Under the pieces are notes generated by a model. That model ran no database searches, was not told the DNA's origin, and saw nothing but the letters and a program-made list of their open reading frames with translations. Below, piece by piece: positions 29,101-37,813 of a stretch of DNA of 64,000 nucleotides. The translations under genes were made by a program, and so were the position numbers. The stretch covers positions 96,001 to 160,000 of the IMG/VR virus record IMGVR_UViG_3300037067_018912, one strand, 5' to 3'. Every line of letters starts with the position of its first letter. Position 1 is the stretch's first letter. The DNA comes from a virus. Its lineage: Duplodnaviria; Caudoviricetes.

Positions 29101-32100
29101 CAATTCCTCCAAAGCCAACACCTGCACCGCTCACCCTTATCTTTTCGACTTGGACAAGGTTTTGACCATTTGCCACTGCGAAGCGCAAATCACCATAATA
29201 CGTGCTGCCGTCACCGATATATTTTGAAATTATTTTTGCTGTGACAAAACCACAACCGTTTATAGGAGAACCCCATGTTATACAACCCATGTTGTCATCA
29301 TATTGGGGATTGACTGCACCGCTCAAAGTACCTCTTGATTTCGTCAGCAAAAGTGCCGGACCACAAGCATCATCACTTGCCTGTCTCAATTTGAGTAAAA
29401 GTGCAATACTACTATCCTCGTTGTCGAATTCCACAAGGCTTGAAGCACCTGAATATACTTGATAATTCTTGTTAGTATTTACTTGCAGTACATTACGACC
29501 CGTAAGATTACCACCACCTATGCTCGTCCTTCCCAAGGCATCAACATAGAATGATGGTCTGTAATCCATTGCTGACGCATACACTGCAAACCTCATGTTG
29601 CTGCCACGGGATACCCCGCCGATCAAAGGCGTTACCGTAGATGGACTTGCCGTCCTGATTCTTACCCAATAATACTCCCCTTCTCCCGGCATTTCCAAAG
29701 GCTCTGCATACGTCCAATTCGTCAAAGCATTCGTGTTCCAAGTCAAATATCCGGTTTGAGTTAAATTATTGGTAGTATCATTAAAATAACCGCTACTTGT
29801 GCCGATGTTTTCCCACGAATTTCCATCCCAATACTCTCCGACAAGGGTTATTCCTTCGCCCCCCTGAATGACATTAATAAACAATGAATTGAGTTTCGTG
29901 TTTGTGCCAATATACGCAGCATTTGTCGTTACACCCGTCTCAAACATCGGAGTTGGGACATCCACAACTGAAGTATTCACTTCAGCAGTGAAATCGGAAA
30001 ACGTCACCGCACTTGCAGTATAATCCAAAGTAGCCAATACCTTATTAACCCGGTTTCCGGTCACAGTAAACGTGGAAGGTGCTAATTGAGGAAACGTTGC
30101 GAACCTCCAAGCATCACCAACAACAAATCCGGTGATTTGGACGAATGACACCTCAACTCCACTATCAATTATTGTTGCACCTGTCGTACAACCTGTCGGT
30201 GTCGACCAAGCGGTATATGTGTTATTCAAATCACTGGACACCCTCCATTGATAAGTATCTGTTACACCAGTAGTGCTGTCGATCCTCACCTCGTAAATAG
30301 CGATGTAACTCTTGTCATACAACCCGCCGATCACAAGTCCATTATTATATGGCGTGCTGCCGACAGATTGAGCAGGATAATCGATTATATTCGACGGACT
30401 GTTAACACCAATTCTGCCACTTTCTGAAATAGTGAGTGGTGACAAATCACCCTCACTATTATACAAATACCAAAATTTTCCTTCTTCACCCCTGTAAATC
30501 TCGGCAAACCATTTCTCAGCACCATCGTCCCGCCATACAACATCCTTGTCGCCATCAGCAACACCATCAATGATAATACCGTTTTTATGTGTTGAAATAT
30601 AACTACCATTGGAATTATCAACCCCGTATATGTGAATGATATTGTCGGGTTCAACCGTTCCAAACCCGGTCAAACCACTTGTTGTGTTGATTGTTATAAT
30701 CGGCGTGACACCATCGGCTTTGTTAATTGTTATAGCCGATGCAGTTCCTCCAGACGGCCTGATCTCATTAACAACAAGACCCCCATTAAAACATGTTTCA
30801 ACGGTTGTCACCGCCCCTATCTCAGTAACTGTTTGCAAATTAATTGCATTGGTATCACACATGAAAGCGAATCTCTGCCTTGTACCGCCAGTCGTAGTCC
30901 CATAAAATTTCTCACCTTGGAACTCTACAGCACCCGCTTGGGGTGTTGTTAATAATGTCCCACTCGTGAACTTCAAAGGGGCGTTGGTTGTAGTGCCGGA
31001 CTTCAAATGAACAAGTGCCGTTGGTGTTGAAACCCCAAACCCAGTATCACCTTTATAGTCAATTCTAACCCTTTCCAACGGATCAGAGCCGTTTGCTGTT
31101 TTAAAGAAAATATCACCACATCTTGCTGTCGGAGCACCTGTGAATTGCGAATTGATCTCCGCCAACAGGCGTCCTGATGTCCCAGACCTGCCCCTGAAAC
31201 TGATGCGTCCGAGAAGGTCGCCCGTTTGCGTGCAGGATGATGCATCAAGCGTGCCACGGGTCTTGACAAACGTCAACCCTGGAGCACATGCGTCGTTCGA
31301 TGCAAGTTTTATTTTCAGATCAACAACGTTGCTGTCCTCGCTGTCGAATTCAACAAGACTGTCAGTGCCTGTGGTAGTCACTTGGACATTATTCCCAGTG
31401 TTGACTTGCAATTTATTGCTTCCTGTGATATTCCCGCCGCCGACGTTTATCCTCCCCAACGCATCCACATAAAATGCAGGTTTGTAATCGAACGCCGAAG
31501 CATATATCGAGAATCTTTGAGAACTACCTCTGGAAACACTACCAATATACGGTGCTATTGTTGGAGGACTTGACGTCCTAAATCTCAACCAATATAACAA
31601 TTCACCGCTGTTCCTCCCATCATAAGGAATCCACCCTGTCATTGTATCGACGTTCCATGTGATCGCACCAGATTGGGACACATTGTTCGTGCCGTCAAGG
31701 AAAAATTCATTCCCAATTGAAATGTCGACCCATGAAGTGCCGTTCCAATATTCAACAACCAATGTCATTCCGACACCGGGGGTTGGAATATTAAGAAACA
31801 ATGAATTAAGTTTCGTCACAGTACCAACGTATGCGGCGTTCAAGGTTGTCCCTGTTTGGAATAATTGAAGTGGAGAATCTATAGTTGATGAGTTCGCAAC
31901 CCCCGTTATATCAACACCCACAATGTATTGTGGTGGATATGTTGTGTAATTAGTGGTGTATATCACCCTGTCCACACGGTTTCCAGTGACGGACAACGTC
32001 GCCGGGGCAAGTTGCGGGAATGCGGCGAATTGCCATGTATCCCCCAGGCTGTTTCCGGTGGGGTTAACAAACGACACTTCGATTCCACTGTCGATCACCG

Positions 32101-33151
32101 TAGTCCCGGTGGTCGCACTTAATGGTGATGACCAAACCCCGTAAGATGAACCGAGATTGATCGACCTTCTCCAAATATATGTATCAGTTATTCCGGTGAT
32201 GCTATCAATCTTTACTTGGTACACCCCAATGAAATTCTTGTCATACTTTCCGCTTATTACAAGATTCGCATATGCACTATAAGATGAGCCTGTAATCAAC
32301 ACTGGAGGATAATTGATATTATTTGTGACACTATTGACACCGATCCTGCCACTTTCAGACACGGTCAATGTGGACAAGCCGCCCTCTTCATTATACAAGT
32401 ACCAGAATTGCCCGTTCTCACACCTGCACGTCTTGGCATGCCATTTCGGATTACCGGATTCCGCCCAAGAAAGTATCTTATCCCCATTAGCAACACCGTC
32501 AAGTGTAATACCGTTCCTGTGGCCGAGTTCTGATGTGTCCGTCCCGTACACATGTATGATATCATTAGGAGTTGCAGTCCCGAATCCTGTGAAACCACTA
32601 ATAGTATCAATAGTAATTATTGGTGTAATGCCATCGGCTTTATTAACCGTTATTTCAGACGCAGTCCCACCGGACGGTCTGATCTCGTTGACCACAATGC
32701 CACCATTAAAACTGCTTTCAACAGTAGTTGTCGCATTAATCTCAGTCACTTCCTGCAGACCCATGTTCGCTGTGATACCTGTGATATCACTTTCTATCGA
32801 ATCCAACCTGCTATCGGTTGCTGCTGTGTATGAAACATAGTCAGTGATGTTCAATTTGGTGTCAGTGACAGCGGAAAGGTAGAGCACCTCACCATAATCA
32901 GCAAAATCGGTTGTGATTTTCGGGGAAATATGTCTCTCCCAAGAAGCGATCCACGCCTCACTATTCGGCACAAGAACACCCGTGCTACCGCTTATGCCAG
33001 TTGCCTTCCAATAATACAACGGCTGTATTGAAGGAATATAAGAGTTTGAATATATTTCATTCTCGTTCGCCCCCGTCATTCCTGACACCGGACTCTCCCT
33101 TACGACAGTGTTGTCATAATCAATTCTATAAATTAAATATCTGAACACCAT
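23153..33151 (-). CDS. Giant (3332 aa) tail fibre-like protein with three ~640-aa internal repeats
   Basis: LQ[ET]VTE...NGG.VVNEIRP.GGTAS.IT.NKADG begins at 32758, 30838 and 28906. The C-terminus has three ATTAF...RQDHVHP fibre repeats. Confidence 0.75.
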   Translation of the reverse strand: MVFRYLIYRIDYDNTVVRESPVSGMTGANENEIYSNSYIPSIQPLYYWKATGISGSTGVLVPNSEAWIASWERHISPKITTDFADYGEVLYLSAVTDTKLNITDYVSYTAATDSRLDSIESDITGITANMGLQEVTEINATTTVESSFNGGIVVNEIRPSGGTASEITVNKADGITPIITIDTISGFTGFGTATPNDIIHVYGTDTSELGHRNGITLDGVANGDKILSWAESGNPKWHAKTCRCENGQFWYLYNEEGGLSTLTVSESGRIGVNSVTNNINYPPVLITGSSYSAYANLVISGKYDKNFIGVYQVKIDSITGITDTYIWRRSINLGSSYGVWSSPLSATTGTTVIDSGIEVSFVNPTGNSLGDTWQFAAFPQLAPATLSVTGNRVDRVIYTTNYTTYPPQYIVGVDITGVANSSTIDSPLQLFQTGTTLNAAYVGTVTKLNSLFLNIPTPGVGMTLVVEYWNGTSWVDISIGNEFFLDGTNNVSQSGAITWNVDTMTGWIPYDGRNSGELLYWLRFRTSSPPTIAPYIGSVSRGSSQRFSIYASAFDYKPAFYVDALGRINVGGGNITGSNKLQVNTGNNVQVTTTGTDSLVEFDSEDSNVVDLKIKLASNDACAPGLTFVKTRGTLDASSCTQTGDLLGRISFRGRSGTSGRLLAEINSQFTGAPTARCGDIFFKTANGSDPLERVRIDYKGDTGFGVSTPTALVHLKSGTTTNAPLKFTSGTLLTTPQAGAVEFQGEKFYGTTTGGTRQRFAFMCDTNAINLQTVTEIGAVTTVETCFNGGLVVNEIRPSGGTASAITINKADGVTPIITINTTSGLTGFGTVEPDNIIHIYGVDNSNGSYISTHKNGIIIDGVADGDKDVVWRDDGAEKWFAEIYRGEEGKFWYLYNSEGDLSPLTISESGRIGVNSPSNIIDYPAQSVGSTPYNNGLVIGGLYDKSYIAIYEVRIDSTTGVTDTYQWRVSSDLNNTYTAWSTPTGCTTGATIIDSGVEVSFVQITGFVVGDAWRFATFPQLAPSTFTVTGNRVNKVLATLDYTASAVTFSDFTAEVNTSVVDVPTPMFETGVTTNAAYIGTNTKLNSLFINVIQGGEGITLVGEYWDGNSWENIGTSSGYFNDTTNNLTQTGYLTWNTNALTNWTYAEPLEMPGEGEYYWVRIRTASPSTVTPLIGGVSRGSNMRFAVYASAMDYRPSFYVDALGRTSIGGGNLTGRNVLQVNTNKNYQVYSGASSLVEFDNEDSSIALLLKLRQASDDACGPALLLTKSRGTLSGAVNPQYDDNMGCITWGSPINGCGFVTAKIISKYIGDGSTYYGDLRFAVANGQNLVQVEKIRVSGAGVGFGGIVPTALVHLQSGTTAANTAPLKFTSGLLLATPESGAVEFQGDKFYGTTTGGTRREFAYTCDITVPDLQEVTEVGASTTVESSFNGGIVVNEIRPFGGTASAITINKADGITPIITINTISGFTGIGITNPVKQIHLYGTDLLDDGGYNTQANGLNVDGPTGADKDVVWLENGEPKWFAETFRGENAEFWYLYNMAGNTTPIVASESGRVGVNSPSNYFSFYANKIIGTGLNDLYVDGIYDKTFISNYEIRISGVTGTTDTFVWRVSKDLGVTFNSWSQPTGCSTGLTLIENGVQVKFDYTTGHTSGDTWSFNAFPQLPSGTLIVAPAQFDAILKTSDYTAGVIGYEDLTVRASLSDSNYPIQIFNTGDTLGALYIGGYTKFNSVQINIIIPSQDTILIIEYFDGSSWVEITEGSDYYYDSTVDLTRSGAIYWDNTQINDWILSVLPDELQQKELYWVRMRTSSLPSVIPTLNTVVRGGDKRFGVYSSQFDARPNFYIDSLGRTNIGGGNMSGCNQLQVNESNYVDLTAGQSFSLFEVDSNCSATAQIRVRASSNDAIGGGYVAAKTRGTLDAPLASCSGDSLGHLCFRTRVCCGGGTVGTSLASLDVIYKGNSTTCYADMLFKTSSGSAPTEKVRISDLGTGFGISSPTAVVHLKAGTTTVSPLKFTSGSLLGSPQPGAMEFLGNNWYGTTTGSTRKTFAFLESPMFTGTPVIPTGTSINGYNLYQFILDSGGTNIEHVEIATFVNYTASTETRLDGVEDDIDYISGVTDTKLPTAVFAAYTGGTIPWTKVSKVGSSLADLATRNAIDVNISIPDWESTTVDDFNQKVANYIERTQISGRLSPETALAQIDLNLLYIYPGNGYITYDGFHKLITWSGQTINTSGYTTPDDVGTYYVYVNSNGDIQVAISEPNNIQNIRLGTFYWAVQIGNIKQDGGVIENAVSRTSEYLKRLGIFIYDNGGSIQQLSANTTMITSTPCKIQMGLMSVDLPQVGTTLADISGLTTLVAYNSPDQGVNADFYYINKSFYTGDASIPTTYYNDPTQPSGLILTAYTFNFTYGSNIVTSPDDVRSVLPTGDTFRIYDAFDGVAPYQYETLVTGHTWDGTGTTLTLAIPYFGAGGTGHTAVVSLATKNIPSGKWVKAIVLRTTSGQLAFYLPQTYYSTKEEAIAGGLPGKVPPFDTTAINMAYVVYSAGSTTFGGEIYDIRPLPFSYQIGGQVGGGGGISNHGDLSGLLNDDHPQYLRTDGTRNLTGIQHYQSHPTFTTTTDLVDKKYVDDADALKLSITAFNTYSGTTVPATYLAITNFNSYSGATNTRLNGIDGDIDYISGVTNTKLSITAFNTYSGTTIPATYLKIVNFNSYSGTTKTSIDAKLPTTVFVTYTGTTAPATYVNIGNFNVYTGVTKTALDGKADLTGDTFTGAIYTTTAPADTNTTRVATTAFVLGQAANTNPLMNGAVAIGTSLRYARQDHVHPSDTSRLAVSAFNTYSGTTVPANYYNKTEINAYTGATNTLIGTKLDISAFNTYSGTTVPANYYNKTEINVYSAATKSLIDTKAPITSPTFLTSACAPTPVADSNNTCIATTAFITSCQVGTAIPLMNGLAAVGTSLKYSRQDHVHPSDTSRLAVSDFNTYSGTTVPANYYNKTEINAYTGVTNTLIGTKLDKTAFATFTGTTLPANYIGRTQFNTYTGVTKTILDGKADLTGDTFTGAVYGLTAVADTNTTQFATTAFVVGQAGTATPLMNGLTVVGTSLRYSRQDHVHPRDLTKVNVSGDTMTGTLRTSGDFLAAGLVSGSTVYGSTCLCSVGTTRLVGATTAASTFNASGVTTVGNTLCLVSTPSIGSISTDRTLFWNPTDKQVKAILLTGGSDNYHYAETNTVCTIATTTPTYYYGYTASTFTAGRYQMDMMSIFANSTGNRYIYVTYNVDGTPVATLGGCNMIGYYRADQFTKDLTLSAGSHCFNFYFCTQSTNGTICCATIRVKKIC

Positions 33152-33158
33152 TTATTTA

Positions 33159-35153
33159 TTATATTTTATTCATCATTATCCATGACCCATCAGGTTTCGT
33201 CAACATCACCCCGGCATCCCCCATCCGGAAAGCGAATAATTCCACATAATCCCCACTTGACAAGATTGTCCTGTATGTCGGCATTATATTCGTCCCACTC
33301 TTATTCATAATGTTGATCGCAAGTGACGTGCTCGATGTTGGGGTTATATCGATCCCACCATTCTTCCTTACCACAGTTCCAACATTCTTCGAAGACCCAC
33401 TTTGACTATAAACATTCAAGACATAACTGATGCCATATACTCCAGTCTCCGTCACATAAATACGTGATCCCCCGGTGTAATTAAAACTTGAACCCGTATA
33501 TTCCTGCGTCGTCCAATTTATTGACACCCCCGATATAAGATTAGCGTCCGTTCCGCCACTTACATCTTTCAATTGGATCACCTTTTGAACGGTTGATATG
33601 GTGGTCGCCGTATATGCTGTAAATTGTGCAACTGTGGTGAATCCTGTGATCTGGCTCATTGTATAATGAATACCAGTATTACCTGTATGTGACGCAAAAT
33701 CAGATTGAAGAGTCAGATTCGGCTTGCCTGTGATGTCAATCCATGCCACAGTCGATCCACTTGGAACAACCGAATAAATCGTAACAACATTTCCATTTTG
33801 GAATATCTGCGTCCCGCCTGATTCAATAAAAGTGTATCCGGTGAACCCACCAGTACTACCTGTCGGTGTTGGTGAATAAATCGTAACATAATCTCCATTG
33901 ACCGATATCACCGTAGCACCCGATTGAATGAACGTGTGCCCCGTGAAAAGTTCTGGCAAATTAGTTATAGAACCGCCAGTATAACTATGAGTATGCCCGG
34001 TCAGACTGTATTGAGGATGTGTATGTCCCGTACTCGATTTACCCGCAAGATCAGAAACCAAATTGACAACTTGTAATTGGTTGATCGTTATTGCTGATTG
34101 CACATAATGTATAGTCGTATCCCCCGTATGGATAGAAAAATCAGATTGAAGAGTTAGATTCGGCTTACCTGTGATGTCAATCCACGCCACAGTGCTCCCG
34201 CTTGGAACAACCGAATAAATCGTAACAACATTTCCATTTTGGAATATCTGCGTCCCGCCTGATTCAATAAAAGTGTATCCAGTAAATGTCGATCCACTGT
34301 ATGCAGTAAATGCAGATATTGTAAGATATTGGCCATGCGTGTGTCCCGTATTACTCTTACCCGCCAAATCAGATACCAAATTAAGAACCTGACTTTCGGT
34401 TATTGTAATCGCCGATTGTTGGTAATGTATTGCCGTATCACCCGTATGAACAGAGAAATCAGATTGTAAAGTCAGGTTTGGCTTGCTTGTGACATCATTC
34501 CACGTTACACCTGTCAGATATTGACTATGGGTGTGCCCGGTGAGTGAATATTGTGAATGCGTGTGTCCTGTCAGACTGTATTGGTCGTGTTCATGTCCTT
34601 CTTCGAACTGTTGGAGGGTTGTACCTGTCAACCAAGCGGGTTTGCCTGTGAGAGTGCCCCATGTAGCCGTAGAACCCGTCGCCGGGATTGAATATATCGT
34701 AACATAATTCCCATTGACGCTTATCTGTGTCGAACCACTTGCAATAAAAGTATAACCCGTAAAACCCCCTGTAGCACCAGTTGGAGAATAAATGACAACC
34801 GTGTTGCCACTCCCCACACTGATTAACGTACCGCCACTCGGTATGAAAGTATAATAATTAACGATTGTTTGACCGCTATCTCCTTTCGCTCCGGTCGCTC
34901 CACTAACACCAGGAATGCCTTGATCTCCTTGTGCTCCAGTTGCACCACTCGGAGTATAAATGGATATTATTTGGGTCTGGCCGCTGTATGATGTTGTGAC
35001 AACAGTTGGAGACACACCGGAGAACACGGTTAATCCTGAATAGATTACCGTCGTTACTCCCGATGCACCGGGATCACCCTTATCGCCTTTGAGTCCAGAA
35101 AAGGAGAAAATATACTCCTGTCCTGTTAATAAATCCAATGTGAATGTTGCCAT
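33159..35153 (-). CDS. Tail fibre-like protein with short collagen-like and GHTH repeats
   Basis: GDKGDPGASG, GAQGDQGIPG, repeated TGHTHSQY and W.DITGKP fibre motifs; C1q/TNF-like C-terminus. Confidence 0.7.
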   Translation of the reverse strand: MATFTLDLLTGQEYIFSFSGLKGDKGDPGASGVTTVIYSGLTVFSGVSPTVVTTSYSGQTQIISIYTPSGATGAQGDQGIPGVSGATGAKGDSGQTIVNYYTFIPSGGTLISVGSGNTVVIYSPTGATGGFTGYTFIASGSTQISVNGNYVTIYSIPATGSTATWGTLTGKPAWLTGTTLQQFEEGHEHDQYSLTGHTHSQYSLTGHTHSQYLTGVTWNDVTSKPNLTLQSDFSVHTGDTAIHYQQSAITITESQVLNLVSDLAGKSNTGHTHGQYLTISAFTAYSGSTFTGYTFIESGGTQIFQNGNVVTIYSVVPSGSTVAWIDITGKPNLTLQSDFSIHTGDTTIHYVQSAITINQLQVVNLVSDLAGKSSTGHTHPQYSLTGHTHSYTGGSITNLPELFTGHTFIQSGATVISVNGDYVTIYSPTPTGSTGGFTGYTFIESGGTQIFQNGNVVTIYSVVPSGSTVAWIDITGKPNLTLQSDFASHTGNTGIHYTMSQITGFTTVAQFTAYTATTISTVQKVIQLKDVSGGTDANLISGVSINWTTQEYTGSSFNYTGGSRIYVTETGVYGISYVLNVYSQSGSSKNVGTVVRKNGGIDITPTSSTSLAINIMNKSGTNIMPTYRTILSSGDYVELFAFRMGDAGVMLTKPDGSWIMMNKI
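33696..34280. repeat. Near-identical 144-bp direct repeat (33696-33839 and 34137-34280)
   Basis: Both copies encode GYTFIESGGTQIFQNGNVVTIYSVVPSGSTVAWIDITGKPNLTLQSDF, with only synonymous differences. Confidence 0.9.
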
Positions 35154-35238
35154 TAAATAGACTTTTAGATAAATACTAAAAGAAAGTAAAATAACGGCGG
35201 ATGTAAAATGAAGAAGAGGAAATTTTTAAGAAGAGTGC

Positions 35239-35487
35239 TTACATCTCGTAAATGTACAATGCCCTATCGTCCCACACGAATTCAAAATCTTGGTCACCAT
35301 CCGGGAAGCCAAAATGCCAAACCGTACCATCTTTCCAAATTTTCTTGATCCTCCAATGTGAGGCAGCAGTATTACTTGTATTTTTTGAGACCCCGATGTA
35401 AAATTCTGTAGCCGACACCTCGTCGACCAGCATCACCGGGTCGATTTTGTGCATATCAACGTTTATATCTGAAGTGTAGTAACTCAT
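35239..35487 (-). CDS. Small hypothetical virion-associated protein
   Basis: 82 aa with YIG...WRIKKI...F.F.WDDR and its own late motif. Confidence 0.6.
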   Translation of the reverse strand: MSYYTSDINVDMHKIDPVMLVDEVSATEFYIGVSKNTSNTAASHWRIKKIWKDGTVWHFGFPDGDQDFEFVWDDRALYIYEM

Positions 35488-35518
35488 GACCTACTTTTTC
35501 TATAAATACTTGAATGTT

Positions 35519-37804
35519 TTAATATGTTATGTTGTACCTAACATATCTGTAATTCAAATTAGTGGAACTGATTTTTGCGTTCTCAATCCAATACACCTTC
35601 TGCTTGGAATCCCAAGGAGTATTCGTTCCCAATCCGTCGTAATCCGTACCAACGGCAAGATTATTTACTTCCTCCTCAGTCAAATCCCAACCCGTTGAAC
35701 TCCCAGAATACGTTCCTAAATCACCAAGGGTTTCCGATGTACCTGTAACGGCTTCACCAATGTTTGAAAAATTTATCGTTACTGTATATATATACGTAAA
35801 ATATTTCCGATACGTAAACAAATAATTAATAAAAGCGTTTGACCCCACAATATTTGGACAATTATAAACATAGAACTGTGCTAAACCACTTGAAAGTGTT
35901 ACCCCCGACAAACTACCCGTCAAATTAGAACAATTATTCATTTGAATCACATATCCCCTCGTTAAAAAATTAAAATCAGTTGCTATGTTGCTATTTATAC
36001 CTGTATTATGAGTATACAAATACTGTACGTTATTATGTTTCAACGCCCCCGTTAATCCGGTACAACTATGAATATCTAAATAATAAATATCATTAACATC
36101 CCAATTAATTAAATTTCCTGTTAAATGTGGATTTGAACTCATAGTCAAATAACTCAATATTGTTGTTCCTGTAATCCAATTAGATATATTACCATACATA
36201 CTACCACAATTATCTATCGCAAGCGAATTCACTTTTGACGGGTTCAAATTCGATAAATCTGCATTAATATTCGTATTCCTCAAATAAACTGTTGACATAT
36301 TATTATCAAAAATTAAATTTGATAAATTTCCTGTAATACCACTAATACTTTCAAAAGAAAAAACGGTTAAATTCTTTGTATGAAAAACGCCGTTATCAAA
36401 ATTAACATACACATCCGTATTAGAAATATAGAAAGTATTTAATGAATTGGGTATTGACATATTAATAATATCGCCACTAATAGGATTAAGTTGTAAATAC
36501 AAAGTTTGGATTACATTGTTAAATGTTATTCCAGAAATGTTCCCGGTTATATCGTTGCTATTGAAATTTATATATGTTGTACCAGTGGGCACTACAAAAT
36601 TTCCAATATCCCCGGTTAAAGAACAATAATACATTTGTATTGTACTCAACTTATTGTTGAAATTAATGGTATTAATATCATCAACCAATAAAGGACAATA
36701 ACCAATATTTATAGAGTTCAAATTAGAATTAAACGTGACACCAGATATGGTTCTTAATGAATTCAAATAAGTAAATGCCATGCTATTCAATAATGGTGTA
36801 GTGGTAAAATCTTGCGGTATTGCTGTTATATTATATAAATGATCAAACCCTATTGAATTTAATGTATTTGGTAAAACCCAATTCGAAGTATCGCCAGAAA
36901 TATTATTATAATTTGAGTAACTGTCTATATATATTGTATCAATCTTAGTATCACTAAAATCCCAATCAGTTATATTACCCGTGAGATATCTATGATATAA
37001 ATAAAAATACGTTAAACCAGTATTAAATGTCCAATCAGTTATCGATCCAGTAATTCCAGGGGTATTATGTATTCTAAAATAAATATAATTTAATTGAGAA
37101 ACATCTAAAGTCGTCGCATTACCTGTGATCAGATTACTATCATACACCATCAAGTTATAAAGATTTGGATTGTTCTCAACAAGATCATTAAGATTACAAT
37201 TCAAATATGAAATTGCACTTAATTGAACCACACCCAAATTCTCAAAATCTATATTAGAAAGATTACCAGTAAAGTCACAATTCGTAAGATACAATCTTTC
37301 CAATTTTTCAAAATTTGTGATTGTATTAATATTACCGTATATTATCGGGTCATTCAGGTTCAATTCCCTTAATTTGCTTGGAAAACTACCATAACTAATA
37401 TTTTGATTGAAATATGACTGATTTATTATAAAACGGTTTAAATTAGGAAATTCATTTATAAGTTTAATGAAATCACCCCGGTAATAATAACCTGTGTATG
37501 GGTTATTGAAATAAAGATAATAAACGGCATTCAAATTGCCAGAAAAATAAAATTTTTTTTGACTGGTTTCGGTTGTTTGGGTATATTGTAAAAGATAACT
37601 TGAACTATTTGTAATAAACGAATTCTTTTGCAACCCCGTCGGTTTTGCAAAATACACTTTCAATGGATTTGTTGTACTCACTCCGCTAAATCCAATATAT
37701 AAATTATGATAATAATATGCATCGTTATTTATATAAGAATTAACAACTTGCGCCCTGAACACCTTGCCGTCATTCCACAAAACCCTGTCGTCGTTCTTTA
37801 ACAT
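35519..37804 (-). CDS. Leucine-rich-repeat-like solenoid protein
   Basis: Recurrent ~23-25-aa L..L.L......TG[ND]I.. units; visibly AT-rich DNA. Confidence 0.65.
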   Translation of the reverse strand: MLKNDDRVLWNDGKVFRAQVVNSYINNDAYYYHNLYIGFSGVSTTNPLKVYFAKPTGLQKNSFITNSSSYLLQYTQTTETSQKKFYFSGNLNAVYYLYFNNPYTGYYYRGDFIKLINEFPNLNRFIINQSYFNQNISYGSFPSKLRELNLNDPIIYGNINTITNFEKLERLYLTNCDFTGNLSNIDFENLGVVQLSAISYLNCNLNDLVENNPNLYNLMVYDSNLITGNATTLDVSQLNYIYFRIHNTPGITGSITDWTFNTGLTYFYLYHRYLTGNITDWDFSDTKIDTIYIDSYSNYNNISGDTSNWVLPNTLNSIGFDHLYNITAIPQDFTTTPLLNSMAFTYLNSLRTISGVTFNSNLNSINIGYCPLLVDDINTINFNNKLSTIQMYYCSLTGDIGNFVVPTGTTYINFNSNDITGNISGITFNNVIQTLYLQLNPISGDIINMSIPNSLNTFYISNTDVYVNFDNGVFHTKNLTVFSFESISGITGNLSNLIFDNNMSTVYLRNTNINADLSNLNPSKVNSLAIDNCGSMYGNISNWITGTTILSYLTMSSNPHLTGNLINWDVNDIYYLDIHSCTGLTGALKHNNVQYLYTHNTGINSNIATDFNFLTRGYVIQMNNCSNLTGSLSGVTLSSGLAQFYVYNCPNIVGSNAFINYLFTYRKYFTYIYTVTINFSNIGEAVTGTSETLGDLGTYSGSSTGWDLTEEEVNNLAVGTDYDGLGTNTPWDSKQKVYWIENAKISSTNLNYRYVRYNITY

Positions 37805-37813
37805 AATGGACTA

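Noticed and set aside
33696-34280. Diversity-generating retroelement template/variable repeat pair
   Set aside because: Both copies are in frame within one gene, the differences are synonymous and not adenine-specific, and no reverse transcriptase is present in the window.
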